Source: Fidelibacterota bacterium (GTDB taxonomy: Bacteria; Fidelibacterota; Marinisomatia; Marinisomatales; TCS56). From it: DNA of 31,691 nt. The notes beneath the pieces are model-generated. The model saw only the letters and a program-made list of their open reading frames with translations. It was not told where the DNA came from and searched no databases. The stretch is from assembly GCA_043822705.1 (NCBI GenBank), contig JBDRBK010000005.1:1-31691 (forward strand), read 5' to 3'. Below, one piece after another: positions 8,633 to 17,495 of the stretch (positions within the stretch are counted from its first letter, which is position 1; the number at the start of each line of letters is the position of its first letter). Position numbers and translations under genes: made by a program.

Positions 8633-10044
8633 CTGATCTGTTCGGTGAGGGTATGGCAGTCTACGCAGCGGTGCGGCAGCGGACTGTATTGAACCGGCAC
8701 AACGGCGGCGGGTCCGGGATCGAGGTGACATTGATTACAGGGTACATTGCGATGTTTGCCATCCAGCGGAAAATTCGTTTTTTGATGATCGAAATCTAAT
8801 ACCTTGAAGCTGGCCGAGTTGTGACAGCTTTCACAACGATTGGCATAGCGCGCGCGGAACTGTCCGCGGTGACGATCTTCGTGGCAGGTTTCGCAAGCCA
8901 GGGTCGGCCAGGTGTAGCGAACGGTGGCGGTGTCCGGCTGCGGCTGGAAGGGCTGGTGACAGAGGTTGCAGGGCACCGCCCGGTGGGCACCATCCAGGAC
9001 AAACCGGGACCGGTTATGTTCGGTTGGACCATACATAGCCGGCCGGAAACCATTGACCGTATGACAGGCGGCGCAGTCGCCGCGATCGTTACGACCGGCA
9101 AATTGCCGGAAATGACGGTCTTCGTGACAATCGAGGCAGGTCGTATAGCGCGGCTGACTGCCGGACAATTGCACCGTGTGGCACTGGTTGCAGGTCAGTT
9201 GCCCATGCCGGCCGAGCAACGGATATTTGGTCCGGGAATGGTCGAAGGGTTGAAGTTCTTTTTTCCAATTGCCGGTGGTATGGCAGGTTTCGCAGGTCGC
9301 GCCATAGGCGCTTTTATGAATATCTTCATGGCAGCGGCCGCAGCGATCGAAAGCCATGCCCGTCAGTTGCCAGACCCGCGGTGTCTGCAACTCGCTGGCC
9401 GGGTGGCACTTGACGCAGTCGACGCGCTGGTGCGCACCGGTAAGCAGGAAGCGGGCACGGTTGTGATCGTATTCCTTTTGAGCTAGTTTCCAGTCGCTGG
9501 TGTTGTGGCAGGTGGCGCAGTCTTTTGCCACCTGACCGCGATGAATATCCTCGTGGCAGGTAAGGCAGTCCGGCGACAGGCCCAGAAAGGTGCGATCCAG
9601 AACAGGAAAGACGGTATTCTCCCCGGCCCAGGCGATCACTGCCTGATCGACAATAAACCGGTTGGTGTGACACTGGGCGCATTTCAGGGCGGCGTGTTTA
9701 CCGGTGAGGGTGTAGCCGGTCTCATTATGGTCGAACCGGTTGATGTCGCGGGGCCAGTAGACCAGCTCGAAATCGCGGCCGTTGTGGTCGGAGTGGCAGT
9801 CGCCGCAAGCACTGGTTTTATCCTTGTGGTAACCCAGACCGGCAGCAATGCGTTGCTGCAGGGGCTGGTGGCATTCGACACAGCCACCGGATAACTCCTT
9901 ACGACGCACCACATGACATTTATCACAGTTATCATTACCTTCCAGCTCGGCATGGTACTTGGACAACAATCCGGGCGAGAATTGGGCCGGCAGCCGGTCC
10001 ACCAGACAGATCAGAAGTAAAATCACCGTCAGTACACTTCTCAT
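8629..10044 (-). CDS. Multiheme c-type cytochrome (17 CxxCH)
   Basis: Signal peptide, SPGLLSKYHAELEG N-terminus, 17 CxxCH arranged in triheme repeats FDHxxTxF/YxLxGxH-CxxCH...CxxCHEDxH...CxxCH. Confidence 0.95.
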   Translation of the reverse strand: MRSVLTVILLLICLVDRLPAQFSPGLLSKYHAELEGNDNCDKCHVVRRKELSGGCVECHQPLQQRIAAGLGYHKDKTSACGDCHSDHNGRDFELVYWPRDINRFDHNETGYTLTGKHAALKCAQCHTNRFIVDQAVIAWAGENTVFPVLDRTFLGLSPDCLTCHEDIHRGQVAKDCATCHNTSDWKLAQKEYDHNRARFLLTGAHQRVDCVKCHPASELQTPRVWQLTGMAFDRCGRCHEDIHKSAYGATCETCHTTGNWKKELQPFDHSRTKYPLLGRHGQLTCNQCHTVQLSGSQPRYTTCLDCHEDRHFRQFAGRNDRGDCAACHTVNGFRPAMYGPTEHNRSRFVLDGAHRAVPCNLCHQPFQPQPDTATVRYTWPTLACETCHEDRHRGQFRARYANRCESCHNSASFKVLDFDHQKTNFPLDGKHRNVPCNQCHLDPGPAAVVPVQYSPLPHRCVDCHTLTEQIR

Positions 10045-11357
10045 TCGCCAGCCGCCTCGACCCGGGCGCCGAAGGCGATTCCCATGGAATTTAGTAATGG
10101 GAACGGCAATTCGCCCCCGGCGAAAATGAACACGTAATCATTGTCTATTTCCAGTATGCGGCCCTGCTGTTCCAGTCTGACGCGGTCCGGTTCGATGGCA
10201 GTCAGATTGGAATTAAACAGGACTTCGATCCCACCCTCAGCCCGCAGTTTGGCGATATTTTGCTCGTTGCGGGACTTGAGCCGGAAGAAATCGGCCTTGC
10301 GGTAAGACAGCGTCACCTGGTTACCCAATTGACGGGCCAGACCGATCGCCGCCTCGACGGCACTGTCGCCGCCGCCCACCACCAGTAGGCGGCAGTCACG
10401 GTAGGTTTCGGCGTCGATCAGCTTGTACATCACCTTAGCGGAGTTTTCTCCAGGCACCCCCAGCTTCCGTGGCGTTCCGCGGCGGCCCAGCGCTAAAATC
10501 ACTTTCCGGGCCAGTTCCTCCCCCTGGCTGGTACTGACCCGCAGCACCGAATTTTCACTGGTCACACCCAGCAATTTATGATCGGTCCGCAGGTTGATAG
10601 CATATTTTGCGATCATTTTTTCCCAGATCGCCAGCAATTCTTCCTTACTGTACTCGTACTTTTTCAATTCGCCGTACAGCGGCAGGGTGACTTTCTGGAC
10701 CAGAGTGATTTTCTTGCGCGGATAATTTAAAATCGTACCACCCGGCCGGTCCTGATCCAAAAGCAGATAATTCAGGTCCTGTTCCCGGGCGCGCAGGGCA
10801 GCCGCCAGACCGGCCGGTCCGGCGCCAATGATAACCACGTCCCACTCGGCCGAGGCCCGTGCGATGCGCGTCGCAGCAATATGATCGACGGCGGTAACGC
10901 CATGGTGAATGGCGTTTCGGATCAGCGCCAGGCCGCTCAATTCACCGATGATATACAACCCGGGGATATTGGTTTCGAAGTGATCCGAAAGATAGGGTAT
11001 ATCCTCGCGCTGGCTGATATCACCCAGCCCGACTTCGATCCCGCCCACGGGACAGGCCTCGGCGCAGCGGCCGTGACCGACACAGTGACTGCCATGAATG
11101 ATTGTGGCCTTACCGCCGATCAGGCCCAGAACGTCGCCTTCGGGACAGGCCGCGACGCAGATGCCGCAGCCGATACAGACCGACCGGTTGATGATCGGAT
11201 GTTGCATCAGTGCCTGGTCCTGCCCCTTGGCCCGGGTCTCCGAAAGACGCGAGCGGGCCAGCCGTTCCTTGCGTCGCATATTCCAGATGTACGGCACCAG
11301 AAACAGCAGGGCGATCAGCAGCCCCAATCCCCAGGAAATCAGCGTGTCGCCGTTCAT
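10041..11357 (-). CDS. Membrane-anchored ferredoxin-fused FAD/NAD(P)H oxidoreductase (TrxR/YpdA/FNR-like)
   Basis: N-terminal TM helix; CIGCGICVAACP and CVGHGRCAEACP; IIGAGPAG (FAD); VVGGGDSAVEAA and YRK (NAD(P)H). No TrxR CxxC. Confidence 0.88.
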   Translation of the reverse strand: MNGDTLISWGLGLLIALLFLVPYIWNMRRKERLARSRLSETRAKGQDQALMQHPIINRSVCIGCGICVAACPEGDVLGLIGGKATIIHGSHCVGHGRCAEACPVGGIEVGLGDISQREDIPYLSDHFETNIPGLYIIGELSGLALIRNAIHHGVTAVDHIAATRIARASAEWDVVIIGAGPAGLAAALRAREQDLNYLLLDQDRPGGTILNYPRKKITLVQKVTLPLYGELKKYEYSKEELLAIWEKMIAKYAINLRTDHKLLGVTSENSVLRVSTSQGEELARKVILALGRRGTPRKLGVPGENSAKVMYKLIDAETYRDCRLLVVGGGDSAVEAAIGLARQLGNQVTLSYRKADFFRLKSRNEQNIAKLRAEGGIEVLFNSNLTAIEPDRVRLEQQGRILEIDNDYVFIFAGGELPFPLLNSMGIAFGARVEAAGE

Positions 11358-12227
11358 TTACCCGATCCAGTTGTAGCCGTATTGCAGGGCGATATAAATA
11401 TGAATGGTTACGATCACGATCATGGTGTAGGCGAACGGCCGATGAATCACATGCCAGTAGTGAAATAGTTGCTGGGCGCTCTCCCAGAAAGCAATCCGGC
11501 GGCTGAGTTGAATCCGGTTGCGCAGCAGGCGTCGCAGCGACCGTACTTCTTTAGCCGGCACCTGCGAACCGCGGACCACCGGCCGCAGGGCCCGGTTGAT
11601 CGTAAACGGCCGGCTCAGGTCCATCAGCAACAGCGTGAAGATTCCCATCAGCCCGCGCCTTTTCAACTTGGCGACCCCGGCGATAGCGTCGAGCGCCGCC
11701 AACGCCGCGCCGGATAACCGGTACTCCTGTTCCAGTCGCTGCTGTAACTGCGTTTGCCGTTCAGCCAGTTCGCGGGCCGTTAATTCATCACCATTGATAT
11801 GGCGCGGTATCTTGATATAAATATAGCGGCCGACAAAACCGCTGATCGCCACCGCCAGCATTGACCAGTAAGCCACGGAAATCAGTCCGCCGAATTTCAG
11901 GCTGGTGTGCAAGGTGATCAGGACCGGTCCTGCAATGCCCAGAAAAATATGATAATTGAGCCAGGTTGCCAATCGGCCCCAACCGCGGAACAGGCCGATC
12001 CGCTTCCGCAGCGAGTACCCCAACATGATAACGATCATCGTGGTGCCGGCGACGCCCAATCCGTGACCGTTACTGCCGCCTGGTTTCCACAATTTATGAT
12101 CCGCCAGATGCGGGCGCTCGACCTGGGACAGCAAATAATAGTCACCGGCTTCGTTCAAAATCCTGGCGACGGCAAATATCAGCAGGAGGACCGAAATTCC
12201 GAAAATGATGCGATGCACGAATTTCAT
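11358..12227 (-). CDS. Integral membrane protein, probable di-heme cytochrome b (ferric-reductase-like transmembrane domain)
   Basis: Several hydrophobic helices, two of which carry H-x13-H pairs: YHIFLGIAGPVLITLHT and IHRPFAYTMIVIVTIHI. Confidence 0.7.
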   Translation of the reverse strand: MKFVHRIIFGISVLLLIFAVARILNEAGDYYLLSQVERPHLADHKLWKPGGSNGHGLGVAGTTMIVIMLGYSLRKRIGLFRGWGRLATWLNYHIFLGIAGPVLITLHTSLKFGGLISVAYWSMLAVAISGFVGRYIYIKIPRHINGDELTARELAERQTQLQQRLEQEYRLSGAALAALDAIAGVAKLKRRGLMGIFTLLLMDLSRPFTINRALRPVVRGSQVPAKEVRSLRRLLRNRIQLSRRIAFWESAQQLFHYWHVIHRPFAYTMIVIVTIHIYIALQYGYNWIG

Positions 12228-12350
12228 GTGGTTCCAATCAGATAGTTCAACTCCCCCCGGTGATTCGCCCGCAATCGGATACTTGGGCGAAGATTAAAAT
12301 AATTAATCACCGGCGATAAAAAAAAGTGAATTATTACTACAGTATAAATA

Positions 12351-12378
12351 ATAAAGGGGCGGTTACCCGCCCCTTTAT
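12351..12378 (-). terminator. Rho-independent terminator after the Spy/CpxP-like gene
   Basis: ATAAAGGGGCGG-TTAC-CCGCCCCTTTAT perfect 12-bp stem, followed on the minus strand by TATTTAT; 17 bp after the stop. Confidence 0.8.
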
Positions 12379-12395
12379 AACAACCGGTGCCGCTG

Positions 12396-12869
12396 CTACC
12401 AGCGACCGCCGCCCTGCTTTTTCATTCCTTTGGGACCGCTGCCGTCACAGACACCATCGTGGCGACCCTGCCCTTTTTGACCCATTCCCCGCCCCAGCGG
12501 CTGCTGGTCAAACAGTACTTTCTGTTCTTCGGTCAAGAGTCCGCGCACCTGCAAACGATGCTCTACGCGCAGCTTCTCCAGCGCTAATTCCCGGGTGCTG
12601 ATTTTTTCCAGAACGGCATTGATCGCCTTCTGGTTCGGATCGTCAGCGCGGGTCAATTCCCGCAGTTCGATACGCAGCTTGGCGACATCGGCCTGCAGGT
12701 CGATCCGATCCTTTTGAAATCCGCTCCGGAACTGATCGATCTGTTTGATCTGTTCGGTGGTCAGATTCAATTCCGGATCCCAGCCCATGCCGGGATCGTG
12801 ATGACCGCGCATCTGGGCGGATGCCAGGGCGGTCATTAATACCATTGCGATTATGATTTGCTTTTTCAT
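12396..12869 (-). CDS. Spy/CpxP/ZraP family periplasmic protein
   Basis: Signal peptide, LNLTTEQ and LLTEEQ (LTxxQ) motifs, helical core, Gly/Met/His-rich termini. RBS AAGGAG. Confidence 0.85.
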   Translation of the reverse strand: MKKQIIIAMVLMTALASAQMRGHHDPGMGWDPELNLTTEQIKQIDQFRSGFQKDRIDLQADVAKLRIELRELTRADDPNQKAINAVLEKISTRELALEKLRVEHRLQVRGLLTEEQKVLFDQQPLGRGMGQKGQGRHDGVCDGSGPKGMKKQGGGRW

Positions 12870-12886
12870 GATTAACTCCTTACTTG

Positions 12887-14047
12887 TTAATGTGTCAAAT
12901 ACAATCCCAGAGACAATGAATTACCACTGTAATCGTACAACGGATCATTGGATTGATTTTTTCCCTGTTCGATCGTCATTGTAGTACCGAAAATCGGCAG
13001 CCCCGGGAGATTCCATTCTCTGCTGATTACTAAATCAACATAAGTCTTTTGATCCTGGCGGTCGTAGCCGCTGATGACATATTCATCACCAATCAGGATA
13101 TATTCCCCGGCCGCAAAATCAAATTCATAAATCGGCAGCTCAAGATAGGCGCGCTGCTCGTGGCTGATTCCGGCACTGATCTGCCAGTAGACACCGGGAC
13201 GGTAATTCAGCCGGGCCGAGCCCGACCAGCCGTCCCAGCGAAAAATATCGACGAAGGGACTGACGACCGGATCGGGAACGGTCGGATCTGTTTCCGCACG
13301 GTTCAGGCGGTACTGCCCCGCGGTTTGAATGACCAATCCTAGGCGTGGATGCAGGGAATGGGTCAGGCGCAGTCCGGCACCGCTCAGGTAATTGGTCGGC
13401 AATTCCTCATATTCGGGTATGGTCGCTGCATACCGGCCTTGATAATCGATTGGCGGTGGCAGGAAATCCTGAATTGCCGTCCAGGCCTGCAGGTTCACAC
13501 TGGTCCCGGTTTTAAAGGACCGGTTCAAAGTGCCGGAAAAATTGTGCACGACATTCGAAGCCTGATCAACGGCAGGGTAATACCGATTTTCCAGTTCATA
13601 ACCGGCAGTAGCCACCATCTGTTGTTTGAAAAAATATTTTCCGGTCAGGTAGCCGCCCACCTGCCAACTGTCATAATCAGCATAGACCGGCGCATAAAAT
13701 GACGCGTCCAGGGACAGACCGGCATACAATTGCCATTTTGAAAAATCCAGGTTCCGGTACTGCAACCCCAGATCCAAAGCACTGGTCGATAAATCAGCGT
13801 CGGTCAGCACTTCGGAGCGTGTAATAGTACCGATTAACCTGATGTCGTCCGTCGGAATGATCGCCGCAGTCGCTTCGCCCACAAAAATGGTCTGCTCCCC
13901 CGCCAGCGGAGAATTGAAGATATTATCAGCGCGGCCGATATTGCCGGAGACATTAAATGTCAAATTTTGACCGGATAATAAAGTCGCCAGCACTATTATC
14001 ATTCCGGCTATATGGTCGGCTGTTCGGTGGTTGTTTCTGATTTTCAT
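12887..14047 (-). CDS. Probable outer-membrane beta-barrel / exported protein
   Basis: Signal-like N-terminus, amphipathic strands, C-terminal NQSNDPLYDYSGNSLSLGLYLTH. Start uncertain (14062, 14047 or 14002). Confidence 0.6.
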   Translation of the reverse strand: MKIRNNHRTADHIAGMIIVLATLLSGQNLTFNVSGNIGRADNIFNSPLAGEQTIFVGEATAAIIPTDDIRLIGTITRSEVLTDADLSTSALDLGLQYRNLDFSKWQLYAGLSLDASFYAPVYADYDSWQVGGYLTGKYFFKQQMVATAGYELENRYYPAVDQASNVVHNFSGTLNRSFKTGTSVNLQAWTAIQDFLPPPIDYQGRYAATIPEYEELPTNYLSGAGLRLTHSLHPRLGLVIQTAGQYRLNRAETDPTVPDPVVSPFVDIFRWDGWSGSARLNYRPGVYWQISAGISHEQRAYLELPIYEFDFAAGEYILIGDEYVISGYDRQDQKTYVDLVISREWNLPGLPIFGTTMTIEQGKNQSNDPLYDYSGNSLSLGLYLTH

Positions 14048-14108
14048 CTGGGTTTTAATCAATCTGTTTTCGATTTCTTCTGGATTATTGAGTATCTGGT
14101 TCGCTATA

Positions 14109-14124
14109 AACGAATGCCGTGCCA
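14109..14124 (-). promoter_or_regulatory. Putative sigma-54 (-24/-12) promoter for the barrel and Spy-like genes
   Basis: Minus strand TGGCACG-GCAT-TCGTT versus consensus TGGCACG-N4-TTGCW: perfect -24, imperfect -12. Adjacent to a sigma-54 activator gene. Confidence 0.65.
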
Positions 14125-14200
14125 GATTTCGCGGGAAAACGGAGAGATTTTTATATATTAATGTTTACTAATGCGTTATTGATATACGGATGATATCGTG

Positions 14201-14258
14201 CGACAAATAATCGTCGAATAAAATTCGACAAATTTGTCGAAACGGATCAGGATTGTCG
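14201..14258. promoter_or_regulatory. Putative enhancer (UAS) sites for the NtrC-family regulator
   Basis: Perfect 18-bp palindrome TTCGACAAATTTGTCGAA (14224-14241), flanked by related CGACAAATAATCGTCG (14201-14216) and a TTGTCG half site; ~100-120 bp upstream of the -24 element. Confidence 0.6.
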
Positions 14259-14262
14259 AGAA

Positions 14263-15576
14263 TCAGCGCAAATTATACTTCTGAAGCTTATACCGCAGGA
14301 CCCGCTCACTGATATTCAGGCGGCGTGCGCATTCACTTTGGTTACCCCGGGTTTCTGCCAGGGTTTTGACAATCAGATCGCGCTCCAGCGCCTGCACCGT
14401 GCCGCTTAAACCGGAGCTGCCGTCGGATCGTGCGGGCAGACTACGCAATTCCAGGTCGTCTGCCGCGATCTTGTCAGCGGCCAGCACCAGCGCCCGTTCG
14501 ATAATATTCCGCAGCTCACGCACATTCCCCGGAAAGGTGTAGCTCAGCAGCGCCTGCCGGGCGGTTTCGTCGAGGGCGACATTTTTCCGTCCATGCTTTT
14601 CACTGAATTCCGCCAAAAACACATCCGTCAGCAGGGCCACATCCGCGGGACGCTCCCGTAGCGGCGGAATCTGAAACCGGATAACGTCCAAGCGGTAGTA
14701 CAGATCCTCGCGGAAATCGCCCTGTTCCACCGCCAGTTGCAGATCCACATTGGTGGCGGCAATTATCCGAACGTCGGCACGGCGGAGTTCGTCGGAACCG
14801 ACCGGTTGGAATTCACCATTCTGCAGAAAACGCAGTAATTTAACCTGCATTTCCCGGGGAAGATCACCGATTTCATCCAGCAACAGGGTACTGCCATCAG
14901 CAATTTCAAAATGACCTTTGCGATCCGCCACCGCCCCGGTGAAAGCGCCTTTTTTATGGCCGAACAGTTCGCTTTCGATCAGGTTGGCCGGCAGGGCGGC
15001 ACAATTAACGGCATGGAGATTTTTTTTCCGGCGCCGGGAATGGGCATGGATATAGCGGGCCAGCTCCTCCTTGCCGGTACCGGTTTCACCGGTAAGCAGG
15101 ACCGTCGCTTCGCTGGCAGCCACTTTGCGGGCTTTCACCAGCAATTCCAGCATAACCGGATCGCGGGCGATCAGGCTGCTTTCGACAGAATCCGTTTTCG
15201 CTGCCCGGACCGATTGATCCTGATAATTGCGAACTTCCGTCAACTGGCGTTCCAGTTGGTCCAGGTCCACCGGCTTGGCGACAAAATCCCAAGCGCCGGC
15301 TTTCATCGCCTCGACCGCCGCTTCCACCGTCCCGTAGGCGGTCATTATGAAAACCACCGTACCGGGATAGCGGGCCCGGATTTCCTTCAACAGGTCGTTG
15401 CCGGTCAGGTAGGGCATCTTGAAATCCGATAGCACCACATCCACCGGATTGCGGTGCAGAAACGCCAGGGCGGTCTGGGCGGAATCGGCGGTATGCGTCT
15501 CGTAATTCAGGGTCCGCAAAAAGCCCGCCAACGCCTCGCGCTGGGCCCGTTCGTCATCGACCACCAGAATTTTCAT
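14263..15576 (-). CDS. Sigma-54-dependent response regulator (NtrC/ZraR/AtoC family)
   Basis: Receiver (ILVVDDE, DFKMP, MTAYG, KP), GETGTGKE, ESELFGHKKGAFTGA, LLDEIGD, FREDLYYRL, PGNVRELRN, Fis-type HTH. Confidence 0.96.
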   Translation of the reverse strand: MKILVVDDERAQREALAGFLRTLNYETHTADSAQTALAFLHRNPVDVVLSDFKMPYLTGNDLLKEIRARYPGTVVFIMTAYGTVEAAVEAMKAGAWDFVAKPVDLDQLERQLTEVRNYQDQSVRAAKTDSVESSLIARDPVMLELLVKARKVAASEATVLLTGETGTGKEELARYIHAHSRRRKKNLHAVNCAALPANLIESELFGHKKGAFTGAVADRKGHFEIADGSTLLLDEIGDLPREMQVKLLRFLQNGEFQPVGSDELRRADVRIIAATNVDLQLAVEQGDFREDLYYRLDVIRFQIPPLRERPADVALLTDVFLAEFSEKHGRKNVALDETARQALLSYTFPGNVRELRNIIERALVLAADKIAADDLELRSLPARSDGSSGLSGTVQALERDLIVKTLAETRGNQSECARRLNISERVLRYKLQKYNLR

Positions 15577-17291
15577 CGGCGTCTCCGCGGCAGCGTCAGA
15601 ATGAACTCGGTGCCGATTCCCGGCGAGCTGTTCACCTCGATCGTGCCACCATGATCGGAAATGATTTTATGGGTAATTGCCAGACCGATACCGGTACCAT
15701 TTTCGCGCGTGGTGTAGAAAATATCGAAGATACGATTCAGGTCCGCCGGTGCAATCCCGCTGCCGGTATCTTTGACGCGGATAATGATCTGGTCACGATC
15801 ACCGCTGGCGGACAGGCGAATCTCACCGGAACCAGCGATCGCCTCGATTCCGTTTTTCACAACATTAGCCAGGGCCTGCTGCAGGTATTCCGGGTCGGCT
15901 TCCAGTTCCAATCCGGGTGGGGCCGTCGAACTCAGGTCAATCTGCAGTGCACGGGCCTGGTCCCGGAACAGATTGACGGTCTGCTCGAACAGCAAGCCGA
16001 CGGCTACCGGCACCGGTTTCAGTGGTGTCGGCCGGGCATAGTTCAGGAAATTATCCAGGATGCGGTTAAGCCGGGATATCTCAGAGATCATCGTACCGGA
16101 CATTTCATTGAATTCCGGTTGGGCGTCATCCGGCTGAAATTCCCGCTTCAGACGCTGGGCGATGATCCCGATGGCATTCAACGGATTACGAATTTCGTGG
16201 GCCACGCCCGCCGCCAGGGTGCCGACCGCCGCCTGTTTCTCCTGAATCCGGTTAAGCTGTTCCAGACGCTGCACTTCCTGCTCGATCCGCTGTTTTTCGG
16301 CCTGCAGCAACATTGTATTCTGCCGCGACAGAATCAGGAAAAATGACACGATTACTACCAGGGTCAGCAGTCCGCTGCGCAGCAATATCTGGATGATCAC
16401 GCCGCGACGCATTTCCTGCATCCGGTCGGTGCTGAATCCGACATGAATCTTGCCGGCGCCCCAGTCGAACCTGATGTCTGCCACCACCTCGATAAATTCT
16501 CGTTCTCCACCGGTAAGGTAGAACATATTCTCCTGCAACCGTTCGCGGCGCAGGACCAATAGTTGTTCGGGTACGATTTCCGGCGGCCCGACGAACAGGG
16601 GCGGATATTGAGGTATCCCCAGATTGATATAGGCGACCCCTTCGATTTCCAGCATTTCGCGCAGCAACTGCTCCAGGTCGGTCCGGGCCTTAAACAGGTT
16701 TTCCGCGGCAACGGTCATGTGGCTGACAATCGCACCGCCACGGCTGCGCCGGATGCCCACCAAGAACCGGGCGTCCGGTTCCTGACTGGTACGGTGCCAG
16801 CGCGGCCCACCACCGGGCAGTCCGACGATCAGCGTATCCAGTTCCCCCGTCAACAACGGCTGTAGGTGGCGCTGCCCCATGCCCGGTCCCCGACCGTGAA
16901 ATTCGCCGATACCGGCCAGCAGGCGACCCTGCGAATCAAGTATCGAAATCTGGAAAATATTGCGGTCGTTGATCAAAGTTCGCAGACGTTCGGAAGTAAT
17001 GATTTCTTCCTGATCGATCCGGTCGATGGTGTTCAGCAGATCGAGGGCGCGATCGAGATAGGCTGACCGCAGGTCTTCGGTCAATTCGACCTGCCGGGTG
17101 CCACTGTGCGATATGGCCGTCACGGTGGCGTAGGCATGATCCTGAAACAGATTCAGAATATCACGATAGCGGGAGCGATATTCCAGTAAACCGGCGAGCA
17201 GTACCAGCAGCAAAAGCAGAACGTACAGCAGGATATGCCAGAATTTGACTTGTCGATACCAGGGTGTTGTGCTGTTAGTCTGTGTCGTCAT
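15573..17291 (-). CDS. Membrane sensor histidine kinase (ZraS-like)
   Basis: Two TM helices flanking a periplasmic domain; AAGVAHEIRNPL H-box, NVVKNG, DTGSGI, F-box and GTGIGL. ATG at 17291 (track start TTG 17297). Confidence 0.93.
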   Translation of the reverse strand: MTTQTNSTTPWYRQVKFWHILLYVLLLLLVLLAGLLEYRSRYRDILNLFQDHAYATVTAISHSGTRQVELTEDLRSAYLDRALDLLNTIDRIDQEEIITSERLRTLINDRNIFQISILDSQGRLLAGIGEFHGRGPGMGQRHLQPLLTGELDTLIVGLPGGGPRWHRTSQEPDARFLVGIRRSRGGAIVSHMTVAAENLFKARTDLEQLLREMLEIEGVAYINLGIPQYPPLFVGPPEIVPEQLLVLRRERLQENMFYLTGGEREFIEVVADIRFDWGAGKIHVGFSTDRMQEMRRGVIIQILLRSGLLTLVVIVSFFLILSRQNTMLLQAEKQRIEQEVQRLEQLNRIQEKQAAVGTLAAGVAHEIRNPLNAIGIIAQRLKREFQPDDAQPEFNEMSGTMISEISRLNRILDNFLNYARPTPLKPVPVAVGLLFEQTVNLFRDQARALQIDLSSTAPPGLELEADPEYLQQALANVVKNGIEAIAGSGEIRLSASGDRDQIIIRVKDTGSGIAPADLNRIFDIFYTTRENGTGIGLAITHKIISDHGGTIEVNSSPGIGTEFILTLPRRRR

Positions 17292-17495
17292 ATACAATTC
17301 CGACGGTTAAATTACAAAAAGCATGCTATACCTGATAACAATCATACTGGGCGCTGTCGTTACCGGAAATATTCGACCGAAAACAGCAGATTTTGACTCA
17401 AGTTGGTTTTGTTGCTTAAGTTACTTGGCGATTTTGCTGGTATTTAACGGCGAGGGCTTCATGGATAGTTTGTTTAATCAGGATCTGATACTAAT

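Noticed and set aside
8633..8731. ORF-track N-terminal extension of the 717-aa cytochrome
   Set aside because: It overlaps the upstream gene; ATG 8632 gives a clean signal peptide and ATGA coupling.
6602..9894. Long plus-strand ORFs (425, 237, 221 and 129 aa) opposite the cytochromes
   Set aside because: Antisense shadows: their recurring MA/VA pattern is the reverse complement of Cys-His codons, and they have no independent motifs.
12324..12341. Rex-like operator AAGTGAATTATTACTACA upstream of the redox operon
   Set aside because: Only one half resembles TTGTGAA-N4-TTCACAA.
17372..17398. Third TetR-type site (TTCGACCGAAAA...) between the kinase and isomerase genes
   Set aside because: Only one half-site matches; the GTC arm is absent at the N15 spacing.
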